The position numbers and the translations under genes are program-made. Below the pieces are notes generated by a model, which was given only the letters and a program-made list of their open reading frames with translations, was not told where the DNA came from and made no database searches. From NCBI GenBank assembly GCA_043228905.1, contig JBHGNT010000021.1:5270001-5334000 (forward strand): 64,000 bases of DNA, given 5' to 3'. The DNA comes from Azolla caroliniana (taxonomy: Eukaryota > Plantae > Polypodiophyta). Below, piece after piece: positions 46,898-58,222 of this stretch; position 1 is the stretch's first letter, and every line of letters starts with the position of its first letter.

Positions 46898-49306
46898 TCC
46901 CCCATCAAGCACAAGCAAAGAAGTCGGCAGGAGACTACCCCGAAGCAAACCATGAAACGCCGACGAATCCTAGAGAAACACACTCCAGGATGGACACAGG
47001 AAGAAGAAGCGCCGCCAGAAGAGGGATCATCCCGACAGCCGCGGAAAGAAGGCTCATCTCGACAACCGAGGGAAGAAGACTCCTCCCGACAGCAACGGGA
47101 GGAAGGCTCATCACGGCAGCCACAGAAACAGCAACAGCAACCGACAACGAAGAAGAAAAAGGCGGAAAAAGGCAAGGAGAAGGTGGCAAAGAAGACCAGC
47201 AAGAGGCAAACCGACACCGAACCAGTAACGCTGGAATCGGAACCGGTACCAGTAAAGGAACCAATAGTGGCACCGACGGAGGACGCTGAAACAGAGGAAG
47301 ACTCATCCGAACCGATGTTAATACTACCACCCAGGCAAGGAAAGGAGAAACGAGCGACAAGACCGACCCCAACAGCGGACGGAACTCAGCAACGGGCAAA
47401 AGAACCGCCTCCAGTAACCGGAACAGAAGCGACACAGGATGAAGGTTCGTCTGCACCAAAGACGGCAGTACCGGAACCGACGGCGGCGGAGTTCGAAGAA
47501 CAAAGAAAGGAACAAGCGCCGGAACAAGAGAAGAGGCCGGAGAAACAGCCGGAAAAACAGCCGGAGCTAGGCACGCCTGCTGACACCAACGAAGGCAGAA
47601 CAAAGGCACAATGGCTAAAGTGGTTGTCAGGGCAGTTGTCGGGAGTAGCAGACCAGATGGAGAAAGAGGAGGAGCAAAGAGAAGAAGTGACTAGGACGAC
47701 GACTAAGGATATGGTCATGCTCCGGGCACAATTACATGAGCTGCAAGAAGAGCTAGCACAGGCAAAAGAAGGCAGCCGACAAACACAAGATGGCACCGAG
47801 CCGGTCGGGACATCAGAAAAGCAAGCCGAACCAGAAACGGAGAAGGTCTTGCAAACCGGCCCTGAGACCGAGAAGTTAATAGCAACTTTGAAAGAAGAAT
47901 TACAGGCTCAGGAGGCATTGAGAGATAACGAAAGAGAGCAGCGGAAGTTGGTAGAAGACGACAGACGGCGAATGGAGGAAGGCCTTCGCCGAAGCAAAGC
48001 CACCAATGACCGACTACAAGAAGAAAACGGGACACTGCAAAAGGAAAAAGATAGGCTGCGCCGACGAATGGAGCAGGAAATTGAGCGGTTGCGAGAGGAA
48101 CTCCGACAACAAAAGGACCGGGATGATCAGTTGCGAGCTCAGGCGAACCGACGCCTAAAACAGAAGACGGAGGAATTCGACAGACTATGTAAGGATTATA
48201 AACAGGCCACGTCGGACATCAAGAATCAAGCAGCAACGTACGGCCGACAGATAGAGAAGCTGAAAGAGCAGCTCAAGGAAAACCGCTTGGAATTGTCCAA
48301 AGCAAGGGAGGAAGTATCGGCGGAGAAGACCTTGACGTCGGAACAAAGAAAGGAGATGGAAGTACTTCGGCAGAAAGTAGGGGAGCTGACAAAGAGCAGG
48401 AATGAGGAGAAAGTGAAGTTGACTTTCGAAATCAACAAATGGCGGAGTACCTGTGACAAGCAAAAAGTCGACTCTGAAGCTCAAGCTCAGTTAATGGCCG
48501 ACATCATCAAACGGATAAGGAAGGAAAAACAAGCAGCTTCGGAACAGGCTAAAGCAGGGGTTGGCCGAATTAAGTTCATCATGTCAAGTTGGAGTACCCG
48601 AGCTCAGGCCAGCATAAATGAAAGCACGGAGAAACTCTGGAAGGAATGGGCACAACAGGCAGCTGAACTGCAGATACTCCGAGCTGATGCAGAAAATCGG
48701 AAGAAAAACGGAGATGGGTTCTATAAAATGGACGAAGAAAGTATCGTCAACATCCGGGAAGAACTGTCGGAGGATTTCTATGCTCTAGCAGAAGAGCATC
48801 TCAAGGAAATCCGAGGGTTAGTAGAGAGGTTGGATGACGGACAGCTCGAAACCCAACTAGAATTGGAAGGGTACGAGAAGGACCGACTGCGACAGGAAGC
48901 CGAGGGACACACAACGCCGATCTCCATTAGTGAGGGCGAGCGACCGGCTGAAGAGGACCCAACCAACAATGCACCCCGACAAGAATTACCCGAGGAAGAA
49001 CTTCCGGAGCAAGAGCAGGTTGATGCCGGGGATGATGCAGAGTGGAGACAGAGAAGTACCGAATCCGGGGAGGAAAGGACACAACCAGTGGAAACCGGAG
49101 AAAGCGATACCGGGAACGGAACGGAGGTAGAGCATGACAGACCCGGACAGGATACAGAAGAAACACCGGTACTACCGGTAGAAGCAGAGTCGGAGCAGCA
49201 AGATGCGAAAAGGCAGCCAATCCAATCGGAAGTCGGAGACGGCACAGGCAAAACAACACTTGAAACCTCTGAGCGGAGTTTGCTGGATAATTTGGAGGAA
49301 GACTGA
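46898..49306 (+). CDS. Extra sense ORF, 3' part: low-complexity linker, long predicted coiled coil and acidic tail
   Basis: 802 open codons rich in E/K/Q/R with a helical heptad-like pattern; basic NLS-like KRRR and KKKK; no obvious transmembrane segment. Confidence 0.8.
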   Translation, partial: SPIKHKQRSRQETTPKQTMKRRRILEKHTPGWTQEEEAPPEEGSSRQPRKEGSSRQPREEDSSRQQREEGSSRQPQKQQQQPTTKKKKAEKGKEKVAKKTSKRQTDTEPVTLESEPVPVKEPIVAPTEDAETEEDSSEPMLILPPRQGKEKRATRPTPTADGTQQRAKEPPPVTGTEATQDEGSSAPKTAVPEPTAAEFEEQRKEQAPEQEKRPEKQPEKQPELGTPADTNEGRTKAQWLKWLSGQLSGVADQMEKEEEQREEVTRTTTKDMVMLRAQLHELQEELAQAKEGSRQTQDGTEPVGTSEKQAEPETEKVLQTGPETEKLIATLKEELQAQEALRDNEREQRKLVEDDRRRMEEGLRRSKATNDRLQEENGTLQKEKDRLRRRMEQEIERLREELRQQKDRDDQLRAQANRRLKQKTEEFDRLCKDYKQATSDIKNQAATYGRQIEKLKEQLKENRLELSKAREEVSAEKTLTSEQRKEMEVLRQKVGELTKSRNEEKVKLTFEINKWRSTCDKQKVDSEAQAQLMADIIKRIRKEKQAASEQAKAGVGRIKFIMSSWSTRAQASINESTEKLWKEWAQQAAELQILRADAENRKKNGDGFYKMDEESIVNIREELSEDFYALAEEHLKEIRGLVERLDDGQLETQLELEGYEKDRLRQEAEGHTTPISISEGERPAEEDPTNNAPRQELPEEELPEQEQVDAGDDAEWRQRSTESGEERTQPVETGESDTGNGTEVEHDRPGQDTEETPVLPVEAESEQQDAKRQPIQSEVGDGTGKTTLETSERSLLDNLEED

Positions 49307-49740
49307 AGCCGGCTGTGGGTTCGAAGTGCAATGCACTTTCCCACGGGCGTGCCATGTGTTGGCCGGTCAGAGAAGGCAAATGGGAAAGCAAGGTCGGATC
49401 GGATAAATATAGAAATAGGAATAGAATTATTAGGAGGGACGGATCCGGTAGTTGTAACCGATCCGGATCCGAACCGATTCGGTTTCGGTTAACGGTTGCT
49501 TATCAAGCACCGATTGTAATCTGGCCGGATGCCTATAAAAGGATCCGATGTTTTGTAATGAAGGGGCGAAGAATTAATATAGTTTTGCTTATGCTGATTA
49601 ATCTTGTCTTCGTCTGTGCTTAAGTGTAATTATCATACGCGTGTATTAACATCCTATCCCTACCACCCCTTTGGAGAAGTGTCGGATAGACACCTGTGTT
49701 GCGGCTAGTCCAGCCATACATACAACAGGAATCTCTATGG

Positions 49741-52420
49741 ATCCAACTAAGGTCCAAACTGTGTTAGAGTGGCAGACTCCACGTTCGTTGCGAGACGTGC
49801 AATGTTTTTTAGGTTTCGCAAATTTTTATCGCAAGTTTATAAAGGACTACTCACAACTTATTTTGCCTCTCACACAGCTTACAAAGAAGGGCCAATCATT
49901 TGTTTGGTCTAAGTAAGGGGACTGTTGAGAATCAAGCTCAACTTGGTCTAGTGTGTGAACTCACCCTGAGAGTGAAGAGACACTCCAACGGTCAAGAGTC
50001 ACCATTATGTCACCACTTTGTATTCTAGCATTTAGTATGAGTCATAGAATCATATTCTATGACACATAACTTATGAGCTTTCACATTCCCCATCCTCCAT
50101 GAGGCTTGTAGTTAATGAAGAGAGAGGGTGACTACATAAAGCACCCTCCTCCCACCTTGTATTATGTTGTGTCCTTCTCCTTTGTCAATATACTTTTACC
50201 TTGCGTATTCTCTGTGTTTCTCTCTCTCTCTCTCTCTTACACACACACATAACTCACATCTCTTCCGCTTCACAAGAATCCATCCCTTGATTCTTTACAG
50301 GGACATGGCTTTTGTGGATCTCAAGAAAGCATTTACATCGGCCCCGATTCTAAGTTCTCATGTTGATCCGCAAAAAACCATTTATCATTGAGGCAGACAC
50401 GTTGGATTTCGCGCTCGGTAGTATTTTGTCACAACAAGGCAACGATGAAAAGCTACATCCCGTAGCTTTCCACTCATGCAAATTTGACACCGCCGAAATC
50501 AACTACGAGATACATGATAAGGAGTTATTAGCATAGTGGGCTCTTTTGCACAATGGAGGCATTTCTTAGAAGGATTTCCTCATCAAGTCATTGTATTTAG
50601 TGATCACAAGAATCTTGCCCACTTCTAAAATGCTCATGTACTAAATAGACGACAACCTCTGTGGGCCCAGTTCCTCACTCGTTTCCACTTCAAGATTACA
50701 TATCGTCTGGGCATGCAACAAGGGAAGGCAGATGCATTATTACGATGCTCGTATCTAGCACCTCGTCCTGGTGATCTGACCTTTGAAAATCAAAAGCAAG
50801 TAATCCTAGGTCTGGCATGACTGCAAGCAACGTTGGTTTTTGACACTCCATTAGATTCTCCCCTTATTGATACCATACGCGAAGATTTGAAGATAGGTGT
50901 TTTCGCTCAAGCTATTCTAGATCAAATTGAATCCTCTCGAGCATCCTGTTCATGGTCACAACAACTAGGTACGGATTATCAACAATTCGAATGTCATGGT
51001 GGATTACTCTTCTTTAAGAAACTTTTGTATGTTCCCAATGGTCCATGACGTCTTCAAGTAGTTCAAAATTGTCATGACACATACACAATTGGACATTTTG
51101 GTAGTACTAAAGCATTGGATTTAGTACAACAATCATTTTGGTAGTACTAAAGCATTGGATTTAGTACAACAATCATTTTGGTGGCCGCATATGCGAAGAT
51201 TTGTCGAAGACTACGTGCGGACATGTGATACATGCTATAGAGCGAAGATGCCCAAACATCATCCATATGGTTTATTGGAGCCATTACTCATCACCAGCAA
51301 GCCGTGTTAATCTTTTTCTCTAGATTTTATCACAAATCTTCCAGATTCAAAGGTCTTCAACACGATCTTAATAGTGGTTGATCGGTATACTAAGATGGCA
51401 CATTTCTTGCCCTGTACTAAAGAAATCACTACTGAAGAAACTGCAGGAATTCTATGTGAAGTATTTCGGCATCATGGTCTTCCCAATAGTATCATCAGTG
51501 ATCGTGGACCACAATTTGTCTCTAAATTTTGGAAGCATCTCTTCAAAATGCTAAAAGTCACATGTAACCTCTCCTCTAGCTATCATCCCCAAATAGATGG
51601 TCAAGCAGAACGTACAAATCAAACGTTGGAATAGTATCTTCGATGTTTTCTAAGCTATCAACACTTAGATAATTGGGTAGATATTCTACATTTTGTTGAA
51701 TTTGATTATAATAATTCTATCCGCTCCTCTACTAGGGTTACACCATTCTATGCTTATACAAGCCATCATCCTCGCTGGTGTGCGTTAGAAACTCCTAAGT
51801 TACCCACAAATCTTAGTGTAGAGAATTATTTGGAGTGGTTACGAAAGATTCAAGCAGAACTATCTACCCACCTACATCAAGCCCAACAAACATAGAAGGA
51901 TTATGCAGATCGTCATTGGCTTCCATCCTGCTTTGATATTGGAGATCATGTATGGCTATTACAATGGCACATAAAAACTACTCGACCATGTGAAAAATTG
52001 GATTATCGACGGTTAGGGCTTTTCTGTATTAATGAAAAAATTAATGATGTCACTTTTCTCCTTGAGCTACCTTTGCAAGTACAGATACCTATGGTATTTC
52101 ATAGTTCTCTTTTAGAACCCTATCAGGACAACACTATTCCCAATCGTATTACACCACCTCCACCCCTGATTGAACTTCAAGATGGACCTGAGTACGAGGT
52201 TGCTATCATCCTCAATTCCAAGATTGTTTGCAACAAGCTCCACTATTTGGTCAATTGGTTGGGATATAGTCCAAGCGAGCGTACTTGGGAACCAATAGAG
52301 AATGTGACAAATGCTCAAGCTCTTCTTGAGGACTTCTATCGTCAGTATCCAGACAAACTTGCTCCTCAATCAAAGACGACTCGTAGCACTCATCGTTTAA
52401 AGGGGGGGATAGTGTCATGA
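49741..52420 (+). pseudogene. Outer chromovirus 3' RT, RNase H, integrase and chromodomain, with stops and frameshifts
   Basis: [14 protein letters not shown]...[12 protein letters not shown]; VDRYTKMAHF...ISDRGPQF...YHPQIDGQAERTNQ; chromodomain EYEVAIILNSK...YLVNWLGYSPSERTWEP; 40-bp tandem duplication at 51094-51182. Confidence 0.9.
49923..50299. mobile_element. Solo LTR (377 bp) of an unrelated family, inserted in the outer pol
   Basis: TG...CA ends; perfect 5-bp TSD GGGAC at 49918-49922 and 50300-50304; host pol frame resumes afterwards (MAFVDLKKAFTSAPIL). Confidence 0.88.
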
Positions 52421-52862
52421 TATGGCTCCAAAAGGATTTGAACCCATGACCTTCTGTTACATGGGTTGAAGTCATACCATTAAGCTATACATTGTAAAGA
52501 TATTGTTTTTGTTTTTTAGTTCACTATAGGAAATTCATGTATATTCCAGATTAGTCTAGAACAAATTCTAGAAACTTCAGGAGTATTCCTGACACTACTA
52601 TAAATAGAGGCACATGACATTATTTAGAACTAATTCGGTTCAACACCAATCTTAAGCCTCCTAGATGTTCTTGTATCTTTTCTTCATATAATATAATATA
52701 TTTCTTGTTATCATCATTCTCTCTCTCTCTCTCTAGGTCAAAATTGACCTCTTTATGGACAATAAAAATTCTAATTCTAATTCTAATTCTCTCTCTCTCT
52801 CTCTCTCTCTCTAGGTCAAAATTGACCTCTTTATGGACAATAAAAATTCTAATTCTAATTCT

Positions 52863-52899
<37 letters not shown>

Positions 52900-53009
52900 T
52901 TCTGTGATTCTATGATTCTCACACACTTTTTCCCTTCTTAGTACCAATCCTCATTCTTTTCCTCTATCTTTAGTACTAATTCTCCTTGCCTCTAGTACTA
53001 TCCCTGGCA
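52413..53009 (+). repeat. 3' LTR of the outer chromovirus, enlarged by a duplicated insert in its (CT)n tract
   Basis: Homologous to 31221-31683; TATA box tataaata at 52599; extra sequence at 52735-52866. Confidence 0.92.
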
Positions 53010-56000
53010 TCACCTCTTTTAAGGAGAGAATAAAGTGGGGATAGTTTTGACTTATTTTCCATTCCCCTTGGTTGCTTTACTTCTTTACTGTGAATAATGC
53101 TTGAAGAAGATGTGTTGAATATAGTCAGACCCCTTTAGCACAAAAAAAGATATGAGACGTAAGTATTAAAAGTCCAGTAGGATCCTAAAGTTTTTGAGGA
53201 ATTGAGAAGCTGCATATCAATGTGAGCATATGATGATGAAGAGAGTTTTGTTGAAAGATTGAACAAAAAAGTACGTAAGTTTGACTTACACAAAGCCAAG
53301 AGATGACCATAAGGATGTCATGCCCCACAACATATACCTATTTCTAGTGGGAATGGCTAACTCATCCTCTCTTTATCTTGCGACCTAGTGTCGTCAAATT
53401 TTCTAGTTACCTAATTGTAGTTCAAATTGAAAATGACTAAAATACAAATGGACTTTACATTCTTAGAAATGCTTGGTTTCATGTTTCAATTAGAAGATAG
53501 TTTCAATTTTTAGATGGATATTTGTGTGGCAATATTTAGTTAATTTGTATTCTAAATAGTGAGGATTGAAGTTTCTACAACCCAAATGTATGATGACAAA
53601 ATTAGGAGGGTGTAATACACTGTTTATTAGTATCCATGAAGTCCTTATCATTTTCTTGTGACACATGTTAATAGCTATAACAATGAGTCTACATTTTGCA
53701 TGTTCTACCCCATATGCATTGAATGAAGGCAAATTTTACAACAAAGTATAATAAATCTCCAAAATGCACAAGCATGCACAAAAGATTAGAAAATACAGAG
53801 AGAAATCGACAAACAAATGATGGGAGAGAATTACAAAGAAAGAAAAAACCATTATATGTATGGTAGAGAATTAAAGAAGTAAAAATTGTCAAAGAGTGAC
53901 ATTGTTATATGGTGGATGAAGAAAGAAAAATATTCATCTTTAAACGAACAAAATCAGTACAAAGAATACTCAAAAATTAATTAAAAAATGACACATGTTT
54001 TTGACTAAAAAAGGACGACGCATAATGGCACTACCCTTTGGACAAGCCTAAAACAAGGGAATAACAAAGCCGTCATGGTCAATGCATATAGTAGCGTAAT
54101 GGATGAAAAAGAACTATTCACAATGAAAATTGCTTTATAACTTCTTCTTCCCCACAATCCATACATCAAACTAGTAGTAGTAGCGTGTCCCTAGAATAAA
54201 ATAATGATGGTAAAGTTCCCAAGCGTGGGCATGTATCCTTTCCGAATATGAAAGGAAACCATTGTTAATAGAGATCCCCACAATCATTTAGAGGTAGAAG
54301 ACATTGAACAAATCATTGATGATTGGTGCAAGAGATTTGTTTAATATGAACAAATGTTGATGATTCTCATATGTGTTATATTGATAAAAATTAAGATGTT
54401 GACATTGTAATCATTCTAGAATGAAACCTTCCTAATAGAAAACGCTAGAAGTCTCTTTATTCTGATTTCTAATATCTAAGACATGAAACATCACAATATA
54501 CTTCGACATACTTAGATTGAAGTATCTATCAATTCATGATAGAAGTGAAGAGTTTGCATGAGGTCTTGAAACAAAAAAACAAGGAGAGGGAGATTCGTCA
54601 CTTAGAGGAAGATAGTGAGGAATCGATGTAGAACTTGAGGAGATATGACACACAACACAGAAAGAAAAAACCTGCAAAGTGATCTAGGAGACTAGGCTAG
54701 TGAAATGTTTTGTTCAACAATGTATTATTAACTACCTCAATACATTATTGGTTGTTGACTTCTAACAACTTGTTATCTATACGAGTTCAAGAGTCTCAAC
54801 GAAAGGAAAAACTTGATCATTAGTACTTGTGTAATACATTATTGGTTGCTAACTTCCAACAACTTAACAACTACACAAGGTTCAAGAGTTTCAATGAAAG
54901 GAAAAACTTGACCATTAGTGCCTGCATAATGAACATAAAAAGAAGGCTCAAGGGCCGGAGCCATTTCCATGTTGTGTACATCTACATACCTAAAATTTGC
55001 AATGATTGTGCATTCCTAACTGATTTCTGAAAATCTTTTTATTAAGAATAAATGTTGGAGGTTAAAAAAGCAAAATGCATGTTAATCAAATAGCTCACAA
55101 GACATTGGTGTATACTTACAAGACTATCGCCACCATGGGTGTTCGAAACTCGAGCTCGAAAAATGAAAACTGACCTTCATTCAAAACCAAGAGCAATTGA
55201 GAGTCTTCTAGCTTAGTCTAGAAAAGATTTATTCCCTTGAGTCTTCTTTATGAAAAAAAAGCATTGAGAATATATTGCATTACGAGACTCCACCCCAACT
55301 ATTCAATGAAGCGGCACATTACCCGCACTATATTCACAACCCATTATCCTTAAACATATGTCCACACTAAATCTATTCAAATGAAATGAATGCACATATG
55401 AGATAACACTTCAACCCCATGAGTGACCTTGGTGTTGTTCAAAAGGAAACATTTTAGATAATTTTGAGCTTTGTAAACTTTTTGTGATAAAATTTGATGT
55501 TTCTTTTTTTTGTGATTGTAGGCCATGCTAGTAAGCATTGTAACAAAGTCCGCAAGTTTGTTTTTTACTGAATTCTCTCATTAGTGGACACTTATTAGCA
55601 TTACTTATTCTACATGAGTTATTATTTATGGTACGCCTCTTGTTTGAAATAATCTAGCGTTATATGTCACCACTTTCATTTATAGTTTGTATAGTATAAA
55701 GGTTTTATAATTATGACTGGCATGTGAGGTTCGTTTATGACTTCAATTGTCAAATGCCCCGAGCAAAAGAATACAAATCAAGAAAAACCTTTGGCTTCGA
55801 GAAGTTGACATTTCGTGATTCCAAGTGATGTTTACCTTGTACAAAAGGCCATACTTCACTTTTCTAGAATTTCAAAGAAACGAAACGACACATTACATGA
55901 TCATATTTTATAAGGCAACTATTACAATCTATTGGTATCATAAACAAGTAATGCCCTATTAAATGTGTCATTACCATACAATTTCTTACAATATAATATG

Positions 56001-57015
56001 CCAATTTATTATTCCCAAATTTTGTACTACATATGTAGTTCCACAAAAAAACCGTAGGTACGAGATAATAATAAAAACTATTAGTCCACCTCAAAAACTT
56101 TTTCTTTACTATAAGAAGGTCATGATGTATGCTCATAAGAAGGCCACGAGTTCAAATATGCTTGTTTAAGATACACAAACTAAAAATTCAAGTGCTTCCA
56201 TGGAATTGTGTGATTAGTGAATGGAAGGATCTAATATCTCTATAGCTTGATGAAAATATGGTGATAGTTGCAACACCCGCATCATAAGTTCGTTCCATGT
56301 AAAAACGTGTTTAATCGTACAAAAACATGTTTATCATGTTAAGCCTATATGTATGCATAAAAATCTTGTGTAAGAATGTGATCACAAAGAAGAAAATCTT
56401 GAGCTAAAATGGAAACCAAATATCTTTTGCAACAATGTGATGACTGGAAGCAACTATTTAATTTGCTTGTGTAAATAGTTTGTTTCCAATTTCTTTTTTA
56501 AATACACTACCCATTTGATGCGGAAAGAAGGCATTGCAAAACAAGCATCTTGGGTATGAATAGGGTGGTGGACATGGCCCTTTCATAAACATGGCGTGAG
56601 AGAAAATTGTGGCAAAGATGCGTTACTTGTGTAGCTCCATATGAAAGCACATTGGAAACTAAACATGAACATGATTTGCATCAAACGCATAAGAAATTAC
56701 ACATTAGACCTCATACATTGAATTTTGTATGGCGTGATGCATGATACACATCAAGCATTATGTTGTAAGGTGCACCATGCCAACTACCCCTAAGCACGAA
56801 TACATACATACATACATACATACATAAACAACATTGACATCAAATACATTGCAATACTTTGGGATCGAGTTGTCACGAATTCTTGACACCAATCACTGAA
56901 TCATGGACGCAATGTTTGGTTACATATGCAACATGATGAAGACATAACATATATACTATGCAAAACAAAACTAAGTGTAGGGGATATCAAGGCACAACAT
57001 GTGAGATGGCAAGAG

Positions 57016-57484
57016 TAACAATTGGCAACGGTTTGGTTTGGTTTGAGAGTGTCCAAACCGAACAGTTTAAAAATCTTGAAACCTGAACCAAACCACGAAA
57101 CCGTTAAAACCGAGCCATTTGGTAAAAATCCAAGCCGTTTAACCATAAAACTACTAAAACCACGGGTTCGTGGTTCGGTTTCGGTTTTCAACTTAAGTCA
57201 AAATTAAATTATTATTATTATTTCAAAATTTAAAGATTTTTCCTAAAATGTGAGAATTAGGCTTAAAAATAAAAAGGTTGTTTAAAAAAAATAATTTAAA
57301 ATTTAAATTTTAATTAAAAAAAAACCATCAAACCGTTTAAACCACGGTTTAAAACCGAACCGAAGCGTTCACATCCAAACTGAATTGAACCGTTTGCAAA
57401 AACTTGAACATTAACCGAAACCGAACCGTTTAAACCGTTAAGCCGCGGTTTCACGGTTTCGAACCGAACAGTTGCCGATTGTTA
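57016..57484. mobile_element. Non-autonomous hAT-type DNA transposon (MITE-sized, 469 bp)
   Basis: Imperfect TIRs taacaattggcaacggtttggtttg / cgaaccgaacagttgccgattgtta; perfect 8-bp TSD GGCAAGAG at 57008-57015 and 57485-57492; many subterminal AAACCG/CGGTTT motifs around an AT-rich core. Confidence 0.9.
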
Positions 57485-58222
57485 GGCAAGAGGACAAGGC
57501 ATGGGGAAACATAGGAGTCTGGGAGGATGCGGAACAAGGAATCGATTCAAGATACCGGGCAAGGATTCATGGTGGATCGGGTTGGGTGGGGGGGGGGGGA
57601 ATGGGGCTTTTCAGGCGATGTTTGGGGCTAGATACCAGAAAGAAGCATTGACAAAAAAGGTAATAATACTAACAAAAAAAATCAGAATAGTGGTAGTTAG
57701 TAGAAGGGGCATTAGGCATTTAACAAAAGGCATTGGCAAGAGATGGCATTATGATGGGGGTCTCCAAGGGAAGGGGGGGTGGTGGGGTCCTTTTTTGAAT
57801 CATGGATGCTTGGGGCATGCTTGATTCATGGGGGAAAAAAAAGCCAAAAAGACAAAAAAAAGACAGAGTGAATCAAGGGGGAGGGAACATTACAAGATTT
57901 AAATTATATATATATATATATATATATGTTTTATGCTTACTGAATTCAGAATTAATGTGATGGACTCTTGAGAAGGGTTGAAGGGCAGAACAGAGGAGGT
58001 AAAGGATAGAGCAGAAGAAGAAAGAAGAAAGAAGAAAGAAGAGAGGGAGGATCCCTTGGCCCCCCCCCCCCCCCATCTCTCTTTCTCTCTATTTATACCT
58101 TCCTTTGCTCTCCTTCACTTACAAGTGTACTAAGTAGAGCATTTGCCCCCCTGTTCTATCCTCCCCCTGTTTCCTCTCATATTCTTAAAGAAACAATCAA
58201 AGAAAGAACAGCAAGCAAAGAT

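Larger units (their letters stand above)
34213..49727 (+). mobile_element. Young non-chromovirus Ty3/gypsy retrotransposon (Athila/Phygy-like) inserted in the RT of the outer element
   Basis: Identical 358-bp direct repeats 34213-34570 and 49370-49727; PBS-like TGGCGACCAC at 34577-34586 (tRNA-Arg-like); duplicated target ggaatctctatgg at 34201-34213 and 49728-49740; GC-rich relative to the host. Confidence 0.93.
31221..53009 (+). mobile_element. Degenerate Ty3/gypsy chromovirus (Tcn1/Tf1-like), outermost element of the nest
   Basis: LTRs 31221-31683 (TGTCA...TGACA) and 52413-53009 (TGTCA...TGGCA); TSD tcact/tcacc; PPT aaagggggggatag at 52399-52412; decayed gag-PR-RT-RH-IN-chromodomain order. 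Confidence 0.93.

Noticed and set aside
46895-49306. Stand-alone host myosin/SMC-like gene or retroviral env
   Set aside because: It lies between the element's LTRs, joins the upstream ORF across the copia TSD, and shows no ATPase motifs or transmembrane segment.
34571-49623. Many overlapping antisense and alternative-frame ORFs within the two young retroelements
   Set aside because: Expected shadow ORFs of GC-rich coding sequence; no recognisable motifs.
52620-52922. ERERIRIRI ORF
   Set aside because: Translation of (GA)n and (AGAATT)n repeats within the LTR.
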